Of a stretch of 64,000 nt of DNA, positions 16,995-27,300 are shown in pieces. The translations under genes were made by a program, and so were the position numbers. Source of the DNA: a virus. Lineage: Duplodnaviria > Caudoviricetes. The DNA is taken from positions 1,667-65,666 of IMG/VR virus record IMGVR_UViG_3300030106_006201, one strand, 5' to 3'. Every line of letters starts with the position of its first letter. The stretch's first letter is position 1. The notes below the pieces were generated by a model, which saw only the letters and a program-made list of their open reading frames with translations, did no database searches and was not told the DNA's origin.

Positions 16995-18565
16995 CCCCCG
17001 CCCCTGCCGCGCAGCCGTCGATTGACCGGGCGGGCCTGCTGCAGGTGTTGGCGGCGCGCACCGTGTGGAACCAGCGCCGCGCCCGCCGCCCCGAGTCGCC
17101 GGCCGAGCTGGCCCACCTGCTCGACCCCGAGTTCAACATCACGCCCACGATCCGGATGCTGTCGGATATCGCGGTGCGGTCGGTGCTGCTGCCGAATCAG
17201 CGGGACATTGTGACGTGCAGCCCGCGGACAGGAAAGTCGAAGCTGCTGTCGGTGTGGCTGCCGGTGTGGGCGTTGATGCGCGACCCTGACATGCAGATCA
17301 TGGTGATTTCACACTCGGACGACCTAGCGAAACGCCACTCCGAGGAGGTGCAGGACATTATTCGCCGGCACAGCGACTATCTGGGGTTCAAACTGTCGCA
17401 GGACAAGTCGGCGGCTGGCCGGTGGCGTGTCGACGGTAAGCGCGGCGGCATGTTGGCGGCGGGCATCATGTCGGGGCCGACCGGGCACGGCGCAGAATTG
17501 TTGATCATCGATGACGTGTTTAAGGATGCGCAGCAGGCGGATTCGGCGGCGCACCGTAAACGCATCTTGAACGAGTATCGCATGTCGTTGTCGACGCGCG
17601 TCCATGCGGGCGGTTCCCGGTTTCTGGTGATGACGCGTTGGCACGAGCAGGATTTGGCGGGCATTCTGCTGGACACCGAGCCGGATATGTGGAATCACAC
17701 GAATGTGCCTGCTGTTGCGGAGTCGGGTGTGCCGGACGCGTTGGGCCGCCCGTTCGGTCAGGTGATGTTGTCGGCGAACGGTTTTACTCCCGACGAGTTC
17801 GCGAAGCGGCGCCGTGAGGTGGGCGAGCGGGCCTGGTACGCCATGTTTCAGGGTGTGCCCGTCAACCCGGAGGGCGCGCTGATTAAGAAAGCGTGGTTGC
17901 AGGATCACCGGTTGACGGTGGCGCCTGCGGCACCGGATGTGACTGTGGTTGCGGTGGACCCGTCGGATTCGGGTGAGGGTGATGCGTGCGGCCTGGTGGC
18001 TATGTCGCGGTTTGGCCGGCGGGTGGCGTTGGTGGCGGATCGTTCGGCGCCGATGACCTCGGATGCGTGGGCTCGGGCGGCGGTGGCGTTAGCGCGGGAG
18101 GTGGGGGCGAGCGAGATCGCGATCGAGTCGTTCGCGGCGCGGGAAACGTATCGACGGGTGGCGCAGGAGGCGTTGGACGCTGCCGGGGTGGATTCGGTGA
18201 GGGTGTCGGCGTGGCCGCCGAAGGGCACGGACCGCGGTAAGGGTGATGCGCTGGCCCGTTCGGCGGCTTTGTTGCAGGGGTTTGAGACGGGCCGGATGGC
18301 GTTGTTGGGGCATCATCCGGGGTTCGAGGCTGCGGCGTTGTCGTGGCAGGCGGGGCAGCATCAGCCGGACTGCCTGGCGGCTGCGGTGGTGGGGTTCGAT
18401 GTGCTTGTCAGTTCGATTGGGCAGGTGTGGGATTGGTCGCCGCCGGGGCCTGCCCAGGTTTCTGAGCGCGGCATGTTCACGGGGGGTCGGGGCCGTGGTG
18501 ACCCGTTTGGTGCGTCGCGGGGTTCGTCGCTGCCGGGGTGGATGACCAAACCCTTGCCACGGTGA
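16991..18565 (+). CDS. terminase large subunit
   Basis: Walker A SPRTGKS, Walker B LLIIDD, MTRWHEQD, nuclease VAVDPS. Confidence 0.92.
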   Translation: MTPAPAAQPSIDRAGLLQVLAARTVWNQRRARRPESPAELAHLLDPEFNITPTIRMLSDIAVRSVLLPNQRDIVTCSPRTGKSKLLSVWLPVWALMRDPDMQIMVISHSDDLAKRHSEEVQDIIRRHSDYLGFKLSQDKSAAGRWRVDGKRGGMLAAGIMSGPTGHGAELLIIDDVFKDAQQADSAAHRKRILNEYRMSLSTRVHAGGSRFLVMTRWHEQDLAGILLDTEPDMWNHTNVPAVAESGVPDALGRPFGQVMLSANGFTPDEFAKRRREVGERAWYAMFQGVPVNPEGALIKKAWLQDHRLTVAPAAPDVTVVAVDPSDSGEGDACGLVAMSRFGRRVALVADRSAPMTSDAWARAAVALAREVGASEIAIESFAARETYRRVAQEALDAAGVDSVRVSAWPPKGTDRGKGDALARSAALLQGFETGRMALLGHHPGFEAAALSWQAGQHQPDCLAAAVVGFDVLVSSIGQVWDWSPPGPAQVSERGMFTGGRGRGDPFGASRGSSLPGWMTKPLPR

Positions 18566-18588
18566 TCACGCTAAGGTAGGGTGGCGGC

Positions 18589-19350
18589 ATGCACCCCTTG
18601 GAGATTGAAACCCCGTTCGGCTGTGTGATCCGGGTAGTGGAGCACCTGTCGAATCCCACTGACGGCGCGCTGCTGACTTTCGCGATGAAGGCCCCTGACC
18701 GCCGGCGGATGGAGGTGTGGCTGTCGAGCGAGAACGTGGCCGCGCTGATCGACTGGCTGCAAGCCGCATGTGATCCGTTCCCGAAGCCTGAGCCGCCCCG
18801 CCCAGGCGATGCGGCGGCCCTGGCGAACTTGCGGAAGGTGCTGGCTGACATCGACGCTGTCGGGGTGGCTGCGAAGTGGGGTCTGATAGGCGAACTGCTC
18901 GACGCGGCCCGGGTGGTGGCCGGTCAGGCGCAGTCTGGCGTCCCTGGTGTGCCGCAGGGTTTTTTCGATCGGGAGTACGAGGCGATGCGGCGGGACATGG
19001 CCGCATACACGGGGCAGGCCGCTGACGACGACCAGCGGGAGCGGGTTTGGCATGCGGCGAACATTCTCGCCGATTTCCGGGCAGGGGAGGCTACGGCGCG
19101 TGAGGCCGTGGATGCGTTGCTGGCCGCGACGGCAGGGCAACAGCCGTCGGCCCCGCGGAACGAGTGGTGGGACAGGCTGGCCGACGTTCCCGGCCACGTG
19201 TCCGCTGTGCACGACAGCATGGGCCGGCTGTGGCAGCGCGACGGCGATGACTGGTTCACCAGCGCCGCGTATTCGCAGCGCTTGTCGACGGCGGTCACAG
19301 ACCTGTCCGGGTGGGGGCCGTTCTTCGCGGAGAAAGCCGACCAGTCGTGA
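18589..19350 (+). CDS. hypothetical protein
   Basis: TAGGGT-N6-ATG leaderless start. Confidence 0.65.
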   Translation: MHPLEIETPFGCVIRVVEHLSNPTDGALLTFAMKAPDRRRMEVWLSSENVAALIDWLQAACDPFPKPEPPRPGDAAALANLRKVLADIDAVGVAAKWGLIGELLDAARVVAGQAQSGVPGVPQGFFDREYEAMRRDMAAYTGQAADDDQRERVWHAANILADFRAGEATAREAVDALLAATAGQQPSAPRNEWWDRLADVPGHVSAVHDSMGRLWQRDGDDWFTSAAYSQRLSTAVTDLSGWGPFFAEKADQS

Positions 19351-19565
19351 CGTGGTGGCTGCTGGTTCTGTTCGGGTTTTACATGTGGATGGTGGGGGCG
19401 TCGTACCGTGAGATGCGTGGGCAGCTTTCGGTGCGCGGCATAACCGGCCCGGCCCGGTTTTGGTGGTCGCAGGCCTGTTCGCTGCTGTGGCCGTTGACGG
19501 TCGGGTTCGGGCTGGCCGTGCTGGTGCGCCGGGCCGCTGCAGAGCGGGACTGGCGTATCAGCTAG
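19347..19565 (+). CDS. membrane protein
   Basis: Two hydrophobic segments. Confidence 0.55.
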   Translation: MTWWLLVLFGFYMWMVGASYREMRGQLSVRGITGPARFWWSQACSLLWPLTVGFGLAVLVRRAAAERDWRIS

Positions 19566-19614
19566 CGCGCCGGTTCCCTGACGCGGCCTTCACCTGCTGT
19601 TACCCTCGGGCCTT

Positions 19615-20169
19615 GTGGGGTGTGACCAGCCAACAGCCGTGGTGGAGCGTTGGGCGCCCGACCCGCATTTGGCGGCGTCTGTGTTGGCGGCGCCGCGGGT
19701 GTCGTGGTCGCTGGTCGATTTGTGCCCGGCCGATCGGGCGTGGACTGTTGCCGAGCTGACCCGGGCCGGGTTGGGCGCCAGGGAGATCGCGGAGCGCCTG
19801 AACTGCGGGCGCAGGCTGGTGAATCAGGTGCGGGCCGACCCGCTGTATGTGGTGGCGTCGCTGCTGCTGGAACGCCAGGCCGAGCATGCGGCCGAGTTGG
19901 CGGCGGCGCACCGGGTGTTGGCCGGGGTGCGGGGCGAGCTGGGCCGGGAGCGGCGCCTGTCGGCGCGTCTGCGGGGGCAGGTGGACCAGTTGTTGGATGC
20001 GCGGCGCGAGGCCGGCCAGGTGCCGGTGTTTGTACGGTGCGGGCATCCGCGGGTGCGGTACAACACGTACCGGCATGGCGGGTATGAGCGTTGCCGGCAG
20101 TGCCGGGCGGATTGGCAGGCGAACCGGCGGCGCGTTCTGCGGGAGCAGGCGGCGCATGCTGGCGTGTAG
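19615..20169 (+). CDS. HTH DNA-binding protein with C-terminal Zn motif
   Basis: GLGAREIAERLNCGRRLV; CGH...CRQC; start uncertain. Confidence 0.65.
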   Translation: MGCDQPTAVVERWAPDPHLAASVLAAPRVSWSLVDLCPADRAWTVAELTRAGLGAREIAERLNCGRRLVNQVRADPLYVVASLLLERQAEHAAELAAAHRVLAGVRGELGRERRLSARLRGQVDQLLDARREAGQVPVFVRCGHPRVRYNTYRHGGYERCRQCRADWQANRRRVLREQAAHAGV

Positions 20170-20229
20170 TTCCGACCGCCACCAATATCGGGTACGGTGA
20201 TTGCGTAACCCTCGGAAAGGAACTGCACC

Positions 20230-20823
20230 GTGAGCGACCTGGTTTTTATGGACACCGAGACCCTCGGATTGGAGCTGGATTCCCCGATCTGGGAGTTCGC
20301 TGCGATCCGGCGTGAACCTGGCGGCCAAGAATCGCGGCTCCACATGTTTATCAATCACAACCCGGCGCGCATGTCGATCGATCTGCCGGAGTCGTTCCGC
20401 GCCGACTACGAGAAGCGCTGGCAGGCTGCAAAAGACGGGTCGCTGGTCGCCCAGCCGCACAACGCCGCGCTGCGGATCGTCGAGTTCATGCGTGGCCGCC
20501 CTACCGTGGTGGGGGCCGTGCCCGATTTCGACACTGTGCGGATCAGTCGGCAGCTGCTGCAGCCCGCGCAGTATGACGACCCTTGGCACTACCACCTGGT
20601 CGACGTGGAGAACGTGATCGTCGGCTATCTGGCCGGGCATCTGTGGGCGCTTCGCCCTGATCGGGCTGCGAAGTGGCGGGAGCAGTTGATGCCACCGTGG
20701 TCGTCTGATGGTTTGTCGTCGGCGGTTGGCGTCGACCCGGAGCAGTTCGAGCGCCACACTGCGATGGGCGATGTGCGCTGGGTGATGGCCCAGTGGGACG
20801 CCGTGATGGGCGGTAACCGGTGA
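20230..20823 (+). CDS. DEDD 3'-5' exonuclease (DnaQ-like)
   Basis: DTETLG, FD, HTAMGD motifs. Confidence 0.85.
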   Translation: MSDLVFMDTETLGLELDSPIWEFAAIRREPGGQESRLHMFINHNPARMSIDLPESFRADYEKRWQAAKDGSLVAQPHNAALRIVEFMRGRPTVVGAVPDFDTVRISRQLLQPAQYDDPWHYHLVDVENVIVGYLAGHLWALRPDRAAKWREQLMPPWSSDGLSSAVGVDPEQFERHTAMGDVRWVMAQWDAVMGGNR

Positions 20824-21254
20824 GCGCCCCCGCCTTGGCCTTGGTGGCGGCCCTGTTTGTTCTGTCGGTGGCGCGGGTGACGCGGCTGATCAATTCGGAT
20901 CGGGTGTTTGACCCGGTGCGGGTGGTGGTGGCGCGCCGTCAGCGCAGGTGGCGCAACCTGGCGGCCGCCGCCCCGGACGGCTCCGATGGCGAGGACCAGT
21001 ACGCGCGCCGCCTGGAGCGGTGGGAGACGGTGGAGTATTACATCGGCTGCCCGTGGTGCGTCAGCATGTGGGTGGCCGGGCTGTCGGCGTGGATACCGCT
21101 GGACCTGTTCGGCTTGGAACCTGGCTGGCTGCTGGACGGGCGCCGCTGGTGGTATGCGGCCGGGTATGCGGCGGTCGTGCTGTCGACGTCGTTCCTGTGC
21201 GGGATCACTGCCCGCTGGTACAACGACGAAACCATCGACGTGGTCGACGAATGA
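20820..21254 (+). CDS. DUF1360-like membrane protein
   Basis: ARVTRLI..D.VFDP.R...CPWCVSMWVA. Confidence 0.7.
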   Translation: MSAPALALVAALFVLSVARVTRLINSDRVFDPVRVVVARRQRRWRNLAAAAPDGSDGEDQYARRLERWETVEYYIGCPWCVSMWVAGLSAWIPLDLFGLEPGWLLDGRRWWYAAGYAAVVLSTSFLCGITARWYNDETIDVVDE

Positions 21255-21378
21255 TGGACAAGGCCGGAGATGCCTGCCGTGCCGAGTTCGGTCCAGCGGC
21301 GCAATACGGCGGCCCTAGTACATGCCAGATCGAGCATGTAGAGAAGCTGCCAGCACCGTGACCCGCTAGTTTGGGGTG

Positions 21379-23013
21379 ATGGCTGACCGGTCCCTGCGCA
21401 TACGGCGCCGCCCCCGACGCGCCCCCACACCCCCGCCGCCGCCTACGCGGGCCGAGACGCCACTGCTGCAGCAGATGGCCGCCCTCACCGCGGCCGCCGC
21501 CCCCGTCGAGGACCCCGAAAAGATCTTCCGATCCGACGGCCTCGGCCTCGCCGACGCCCGCCGGCAGTGGCAGTCCGACGCGTGGGCCGCCGTGTACCGC
21601 GTCGGGGAACTCGCCTACTTCGTGTCGTGGCGCGCAGGCTCCTGCTCCCGCGCCGCTCTCGTCGCCTCCGAAATCGACCCCGACACCGGCCTACCCACCG
21701 GCGGCATCGCCGACGACAACACCGAAGGCCAGCGCGTCGCCGACTACGTGCACGCCATCGCAGGCGGGCCGTCCGGGCAGGCCCAGTTCATCAAACGCGC
21801 CGTCGAATGCTTGACCGTGCCCGGCGAGTTTTGGGTCGCCGTCCTGATCCGCAACACGATGCGCGCCGGCCGACTCACCAAGGACACGGTGTGGCTGGCG
21901 GTGTCCCGCGACGAAATCGAGCCGGCCCGCGCCGGGGGAACCACCCGCATCCGGCTGCCTGACGGGAAAAAGCACGACTTCAACCCGGCCGTCGACTCAC
22001 TGGTCCGCGTGTGGAACCCGGACCCCCGGCTGGCATACGAGCCGAACTCGCTGATCAGGGCCTGCCTGGACCCTTTGCGGGAGATTGTGCGGACCACGAA
22101 AACGATCGCCGCCGCCCAGAACAGCCGCCTGGCCACCGCCGGCATTCTGCCGATACCGCAGGAGGCTGACCTGCCGAAGGCCGCCCCGGCGCCCACGTCG
22201 GCGGACAAGCCGGCCGGGTCGCCGGCCGCGGCCGGCCAGGCCGACCCGGGGCGCGACCTGCAACAAACGCTGGTCGATATGGCGTCGCACAGCCTGGAAA
22301 ACGAGAACACCACCTTGGGTGTAGTTCCGTTGGTCATCAAGATGCCGGGCGAGCACATCGAGAAGATTCGGCTGATCGAGCTGGCCGGCGATATCCCGGC
22401 CGAGGCGGCCGCGATCCGCGACAACGCGATACAGCGCCTGGCCCGCGGCCTGGACGTGTCGCAGGAACGCATCACCGGCATGGGTGAGGGGAACCACTGG
22501 TCGAGCTGGCAGATTTCGGATGAGGATGTGCAGCTGCATGTGGTGCCGCCGCTGGAAACGGTGTGCCACGCCGTGTACGAGTATCTGATCGCGCCGCTGC
22601 TGGCGCGGGAGGGCATCGACCCGGACCGGTACACGCTGTGGTATGACACTTCGCGGCTGACGCAGGATCCGGACAAGTCGGATGAGGCGTCGTCGGCGGC
22701 GGAGGCGGGGGTGTTGAAGATCGCCGAGCAGCTGCGGTTCTTGGGCCTGCCGGAGGACGGCGGCTACGACTTGTCGACGGATGAGGGTCGCGCGGAGTGG
22801 GCGCGTGAGGCGATTATTCGCGACCCGTCGAGGCTGCGCGCGTTGCAGCCGCTGGTGCCGGAGTTGGCCGGTGTCGAGTTCCCGGACCCGCCCGCTGTGC
22901 AGCCCTCGGGCGGCGGTTCGGCGGTGGATGAGTCGGGGGCGGCGCAGCAGCGGGAGCCGCAGCTGGAACCCGACCCGCAGGAACGGCCCGCGCTCAGATC
23001 GGTACGCCAGTGA
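21379..23013 (+). CDS. portal protein
   Basis: Size and position after terminase; NSRLA.AGIL, NHWSSWQI. Confidence 0.85.
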   Translation: MADRSLRIRRRPRRAPTPPPPPTRAETPLLQQMAALTAAAAPVEDPEKIFRSDGLGLADARRQWQSDAWAAVYRVGELAYFVSWRAGSCSRAALVASEIDPDTGLPTGGIADDNTEGQRVADYVHAIAGGPSGQAQFIKRAVECLTVPGEFWVAVLIRNTMRAGRLTKDTVWLAVSRDEIEPARAGGTTRIRLPDGKKHDFNPAVDSLVRVWNPDPRLAYEPNSLIRACLDPLREIVRTTKTIAAAQNSRLATAGILPIPQEADLPKAAPAPTSADKPAGSPAAAGQADPGRDLQQTLVDMASHSLENENTTLGVVPLVIKMPGEHIEKIRLIELAGDIPAEAAAIRDNAIQRLARGLDVSQERITGMGEGNHWSSWQISDEDVQLHVVPPLETVCHAVYEYLIAPLLAREGIDPDRYTLWYDTSRLTQDPDKSDEASSAAEAGVLKIAEQLRFLGLPEDGGYDLSTDEGRAEWAREAIIRDPSRLRALQPLVPELAGVEFPDPPAVQPSGGGSAVDESGAAQQREPQLEPDPQERPALRSVRQ

Positions 23014-23405
23014 CTTTCGTTGATCAAGAGTTCCTGAACGATCCAACAACGGGATTGGTCGGTGACTGCTGGCGTTCCGCGATCGCGAGCGTGCTGGGTG
23101 TACCACGCGACGCTGTGCCTCATTTTGTGCGGGATTACGGCGACGACTGGATGCGCGCCACGCTCGACTGGCTGCAAACCAATGAGCAGCCGACGCTGCG
23201 CTACACCGAGGATTACACGTTCCCGATAGGGCGTAGCGCGTCGCCTTACGTGATGATGGCGGGCAAATCGCCGCGCGGCCACCCCCATGCGGTGGTGGCT
23301 GACGCCCGAACCGGCGAGGTGGTGCACGATCCGCATCCGTCGCGGGAAGGTTTGTCGAAGACGTGGGGCGTGTTCTATTTCGCCGACCGTGAAGGCGGCT
23401 TCTGA
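23010..23405 (+). CDS. hypothetical protein, papain/C39-like Cys-His-Asp motif
   Basis: GDCWRSAIASVL...HAVV...VHDP. Confidence 0.5.
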   Translation: MTFVDQEFLNDPTTGLVGDCWRSAIASVLGVPRDAVPHFVRDYGDDWMRATLDWLQTNEQPTLRYTEDYTFPIGRSASPYVMMAGKSPRGHPHAVVADARTGEVVHDPHPSREGLSKTWGVFYFADREGGF

Positions 23406-25852
23406 TGTGGCCGCGCCCTGGTGAGGCCCTGACGCGCACGATCGACGCCGAGCGCGCCATCGCCGCCCTGTACGGCGAGGCTTTGTCGCGGTGGGCTCCG
23501 CAGGCCCTGGCGGCGGCGCTGCCCGCCCTGCCCGGCGCTGAGGCCCTCACCGCGGCGGTGTTGCCGCCGGACCCGGACGCGGTGCAGCAGGCCCAGCAGG
23601 ACTGGGAGGCCCACGCTGAGGCTGTGGTGGTGGCCGGTGCCGCCGCGCTGTGGGCCGCGGCCGTGTCGGAGGCCGCCGACGATCTGGGCGTCGATTTGGG
23701 CCTGCCGGTGTTCGACCTGGGCGGCATCGGCGACCCCGGCGACCTGGACAGTGTGGCGGCGCAGATCGTGGCCCGCCACACCGGGGACCGGCCGCTGGTG
23801 GTGGCGCAGAGGCTCGACCAGATCCGCGACGCCCTACCCGACGCGCTGGCAGAGTTCACGGCCGCGACGCGCGCGCAGGCCGCGACCGTGCCGGTGCAGG
23901 TGCACGACAAGCTGACCGCCGAACTCGCCGCGGCCGGACAGTACGTGGCCGCCGACGTGCCCGCCCGGGAACGGGTGGGTATGGCGCGGCGGCGGGCTGC
24001 CGATGTGCTGGACCCCGGCTCGCCGCAGATGGCCGGGGTGGCTGAGCAGCGCGGATACCAGGCCGCCGCGGTCCTGAACAACGCCACGGTGGAGGCGGCG
24101 CACCGCTCCGAGGACGCCGACGAGCTGGAAAAGGTGTGGATCGCGACGCTGGACCAGCGAACACGCGACAGCCACTGGGCCGCGGACGGGCAGCGGGTGC
24201 CGCTGGGCGGCATGTTCACGGTGGGCGGCGTAGAGCTGCGCTACCCGTCGGACCCGCTTGGGCCAGCAAACGAGGTGATGGGCTGCCGTTGCCGGGTGGG
24301 TATCTTGGCGCGCGATGAGCCGTTGCCGGATGAGGTGGACCGGCACACCGAACGCTCGGCGGGCGATTCGACCGTGCGCAACCGGCAGGGCTCGCAGGCC
24401 GACGAGGTGGCGCGCCGCCGGGCTGCCGGGGTGACACGGGCACGGGATGATGAACAGGGCGTGGGCCGCGTGGCCGCCGCCGCATGGATCGAGCAGCAGC
24501 AGGGAGAGGTAGCGATGACCGCACCAGTGACCGTCGATGCGCAGGCTGAGCAGCCGGAGTTGTTCCGCACGTTCACCGACGTGGTGTTGGCGACGACCGG
24601 CACCCCGTCGATCGACGGCCGCATGTTGGCGCCGGGCATGGATTTGACGTTCCGCGATCTGCCGCTGGCCCTGCAGTTCCGGGAGCAAACGTCGGAGGGG
24701 CACAGCCAGGCGTGGACGGTGGGCGTGGTCGAATCCATGCGGTTCGACGGCCAGCAGGTGCTGGGCTCGGGCTACGTGTTGAACACTCCGGCCGCGGACC
24801 GGTGCGCCGAGCTGGCCGGTCATGGGGTGACGTGGCCGTCGCTGGACTTCGGGAATGACCGGTGGGCGTGGACTGACGGGCAGGGTGTGCCGTTGAACCC
24901 GGACGATGTGGCGGCGGCGGTGGAGGCCGGCCGCCAGGTGGAGGCGTTCAAAACGTACACGGCGGGCAAGGTGTTCGCCGTGACGCTGGTGTCGACCCCG
25001 GCGTTGGATGGAACCACGTTCACGCTGAACCCGGATCGGGAGCCGCGCCCGGTGGCGCTGGTCGCGTCGGCGGCCGAGTCGCTGCGGCCCCCCGTGTTCG
25101 ATGCGCGCCTGTTCGCCGATCCGAAGCTGTCGGGGCCGACGCGCTTGACGATCACCGAGGACGGGCACGTGTTCGGGCATGTGGCGTGCTGGGAGGACCG
25201 GCACCGCACCGTGGGGCTGGGCCATATCCGGCCGCCCCGCTCGACGTGCGGCTACGCGCATTTTCATTCCAGCCCGGCGGTGCACTTGTCGGACGGTTCG
25301 ACGCTGCCGGTGGGGCGCTTGACGGTGGGCATCGGGCACGCCCCCATGCAGGGCATCACGAACCAGGCGGCGGTGACGCACTACGACAACGCGTCGACGT
25401 GCTGGGCGCTGGTGCGGGCCGGGGAGGACCGGTTCGGGATTTACGTGTCGGGTGTGGTGGCGCCGTGGGCGAGTGCGGATCAGGTGCAGATGGCGATGAC
25501 GTGCCCGGTGTCGGGGGATTGGCGCCCGTACAACGGGCAGTACGAGCTGGTGGCGGTGCTGTCGGTGAACACGCCGGGGTTTTTGACGGCGGCGGCGACG
25601 GGCCGGCAGGGCGAGTACGCGTTGGTGGCGTCGTTGGGGCCGCCCGCGCATGTGGACGCCGCGGGGGGCGTCGAGCATCTGTCGGGTGAGCAGATCCATG
25701 CGATTGTCATGTCGGCGTTGGGCGAGCATGACCGGAGGTCCGCGTTGGCGGCCCGGCAGGCCGAGCTTGCGGCCCGGGCGGTGGACGCTGTGGGTGCGCC
25801 GCCGACGCCGCGGGACAAGATCGGGGCGATGCTGGCGCAGGTACAGCTCTGA
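23405..25852 (+). CDS. MuF-like minor head protein fused to capsid maturation protease
   Basis: KVWIATLDQRTRDSH...GCRC (MuF); C-terminal prohead protease-like region with SGDWR. Confidence 0.8.
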   Translation: MWPRPGEALTRTIDAERAIAALYGEALSRWAPQALAAALPALPGAEALTAAVLPPDPDAVQQAQQDWEAHAEAVVVAGAAALWAAAVSEAADDLGVDLGLPVFDLGGIGDPGDLDSVAAQIVARHTGDRPLVVAQRLDQIRDALPDALAEFTAATRAQAATVPVQVHDKLTAELAAAGQYVAADVPARERVGMARRRAADVLDPGSPQMAGVAEQRGYQAAAVLNNATVEAAHRSEDADELEKVWIATLDQRTRDSHWAADGQRVPLGGMFTVGGVELRYPSDPLGPANEVMGCRCRVGILARDEPLPDEVDRHTERSAGDSTVRNRQGSQADEVARRRAAGVTRARDDEQGVGRVAAAAWIEQQQGEVAMTAPVTVDAQAEQPELFRTFTDVVLATTGTPSIDGRMLAPGMDLTFRDLPLALQFREQTSEGHSQAWTVGVVESMRFDGQQVLGSGYVLNTPAADRCAELAGHGVTWPSLDFGNDRWAWTDGQGVPLNPDDVAAAVEAGRQVEAFKTYTAGKVFAVTLVSTPALDGTTFTLNPDREPRPVALVASAAESLRPPVFDARLFADPKLSGPTRLTITEDGHVFGHVACWEDRHRTVGLGHIRPPRSTCGYAHFHSSPAVHLSDGSTLPVGRLTVGIGHAPMQGITNQAAVTHYDNASTCWALVRAGEDRFGIYVSGVVAPWASADQVQMAMTCPVSGDWRPYNGQYELVAVLSVNTPGFLTAAATGRQGEYALVASLGPPAHVDAAGGVEHLSGEQIHAIVMSALGEHDRRSALAARQAELAARAVDAVGAPPTPRDKIGAMLAQVQL

Positions 25853-26022
25853 TGGGCTGCAACTGTTCGAAGCGCCGCAAGGCCGGCCGGATCTTGGGCT
25901 ACGAGGTCACCTACGCGGACGGCACGAAGGCCCCGGCGCTGTTCGCGACACAGTTGGACGCGGAGATCGCGATGCGCAAAAAGGGCGGCGGCACAGCCCG
26001 CACCGTCAAAGCCGGCGGCTAG
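25852..26022 (+). CDS. small protein (MGCNC...)
   Basis: 56 aa; TGATG overlap; below the ORF-track cutoff. Confidence 0.6.
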   Translation: MGCNCSKRRKAGRILGYEVTYADGTKAPALFATQLDAEIAMRKKGGGTARTVKAGG

Positions 26023-26374
26023 TCGGCGGACAGATAGGCCGCCAGTCGGGGCACGGCGTGGGCGGCCCGTCGACGCACAGCAGGTCCATCCACGCCACCC
26101 GGCATCCCGCGTACATAGTGGTGACCTCAATCTTGTAGACGGTGGGCTTGTCGAATCCCATGTCGAGCACTGTGTCGTGACCGTCAAAGAACTCCACCTC
26201 ACACCAGGTCGCGGCGTCGAGCCCTGATTCGCCGCCGTTGTTGCGGTGCACGTACACGGCACCGTCCTGGTCGCGCCGGTCAGCCAGGTCTAGCCGCCAC
26301 CACTGCGCGCCAGGCGGCGGCTCCCAATCCTTGGGGTACGTCACCGGCGGAATTGGCGACACGATCCGGCTCAC
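26006..26374 (-). CDS. hypothetical protein
   Basis: GTGA-coupled last gene of the leftward operon. Confidence 0.55.
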   Translation of the reverse strand: MSRIVSPIPPVTYPKDWEPPPGAQWWRLDLADRRDQDGAVYVHRNNGGESGLDAATWCEVEFFDGHDTVLDMGFDKPTVYKIEVTTMYAGCRVAWMDLLCVDGPPTPCPDWRPICPPTSRRL

Positions 26375-26622
26375 CAGCCATCGTCCCGGAATGCCCAGTG
26401 CTCGCACGGCTGACGATCCGGTCCACCGTCGCGGGACGGGTAGCGAGTCTCCCGGATCACCGGCGTGTCGGTTGATGCGATACCCCACGTGATATCCATC
26501 TGCGGCTCACCGTGGAACTCGCCGGACATGTCAGTGCACGACGAGATGGGACGCAGCTTCTCGGGACGCTCCGCGTGGAAGATCGCGTCACGTTCCTCGC
26601 AGGTGATCTTGAGCCAGCTCAT
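26371..26622 (-). CDS. hypothetical protein
   Basis: ORF in the leftward operon. Confidence 0.55.
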   Translation of the reverse strand: MSWLKITCEERDAIFHAERPEKLRPISSCTDMSGEFHGEPQMDITWGIASTDTPVIRETRYPSRDGGPDRQPCEHWAFRDDGW

Positions 26623-26662
26623 TGCGCGGTCCACCAGAGTTCGTGCCGTTCGCCGGGCCGGC

Positions 26663-26941
26663 TCACACGCACCCCGGGCATCCGTGTGAGCCGATGAGGT
26701 CGGCGTCGGTGGCGCCGCAGCCCGGGCAGCACGCGCAGTCCCCGCCGTAGCAGTTGGTGCAAACGCCCCACTCGCAGATCAGCGCCCGAAAGAGGGGCTC
26801 ATCCATACAGTCATTATCGTTGCCGGGCAGCACTGATTCGAGCAGTTCCGCGGCCAGCTCGTCAACGTCGAGCAGAGTCCCGCACCCAACCTGGTAGGCG
26901 GTGAGGCATTCACGCATCCGCGCCCGAAGAACTTCGCTCAC
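26663..26941 (-). CDS. Cys-rich hypothetical protein
   Basis: GTGA overlap. Confidence 0.55.
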   Translation of the reverse strand: MSEVLRARMRECLTAYQVGCGTLLDVDELAAELLESVLPGNDNDCMDEPLFRALICEWGVCTNCYGGDCACCPGCGATDADLIGSHGCPGCV

Positions 26942-27300
26942 TGCCCGGCCTCCGCGGCGTCAGCTTGGTCGGCGGTGGCCAGCAGTGCCGCAGCCTGGCG
27001 ACGTGCCTCGCTGGACGCAAACCGGCGTAACGTCCATCCGGCGCTGTCCTCACGGATCGGCGGTAGGCCGTTAATCCCGCCCGGAACAGACAGGCTGTAC
27101 CGCCGCTGCTCTGCGGCAAGATCGTCCGGCTCGGGCAGTTTCACGACCGCGAACCCGGCGGCGCTCAGATCGCGGGCCAGCCTGTCCGGGTCAACATCGC
27201 CCGTAGAACCCATGTAGATAAACCCGTTTTCCTGCGCAAACCCATTCTGCGCCAGCAGCGCCGCGCGAACCGCCTGCTCGGGCGTCTGGTCGCCGCTCAT
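26938..27300 (-). CDS. hypothetical protein
   Basis: ATGA overlap. Confidence 0.6.
   Translation of the reverse strand: MSGDQTPEQAVRAALLAQNGFAQENGFIYMGSTGDVDPDRLARDLSAAGFAVVKLPEPDDLAAEQRRYSLSVPGGINGLPPIREDSAGWTLRRFASSEARRQAAALLATADQADAAEAGQ

Noticed and set aside
26659-26693. 11-bp perfect inverted repeat CGGCTCACACG/CGTGTGAGCCG
   Set aside because: Single occurrence at a gene end with no U-tract; function cannot be supported.
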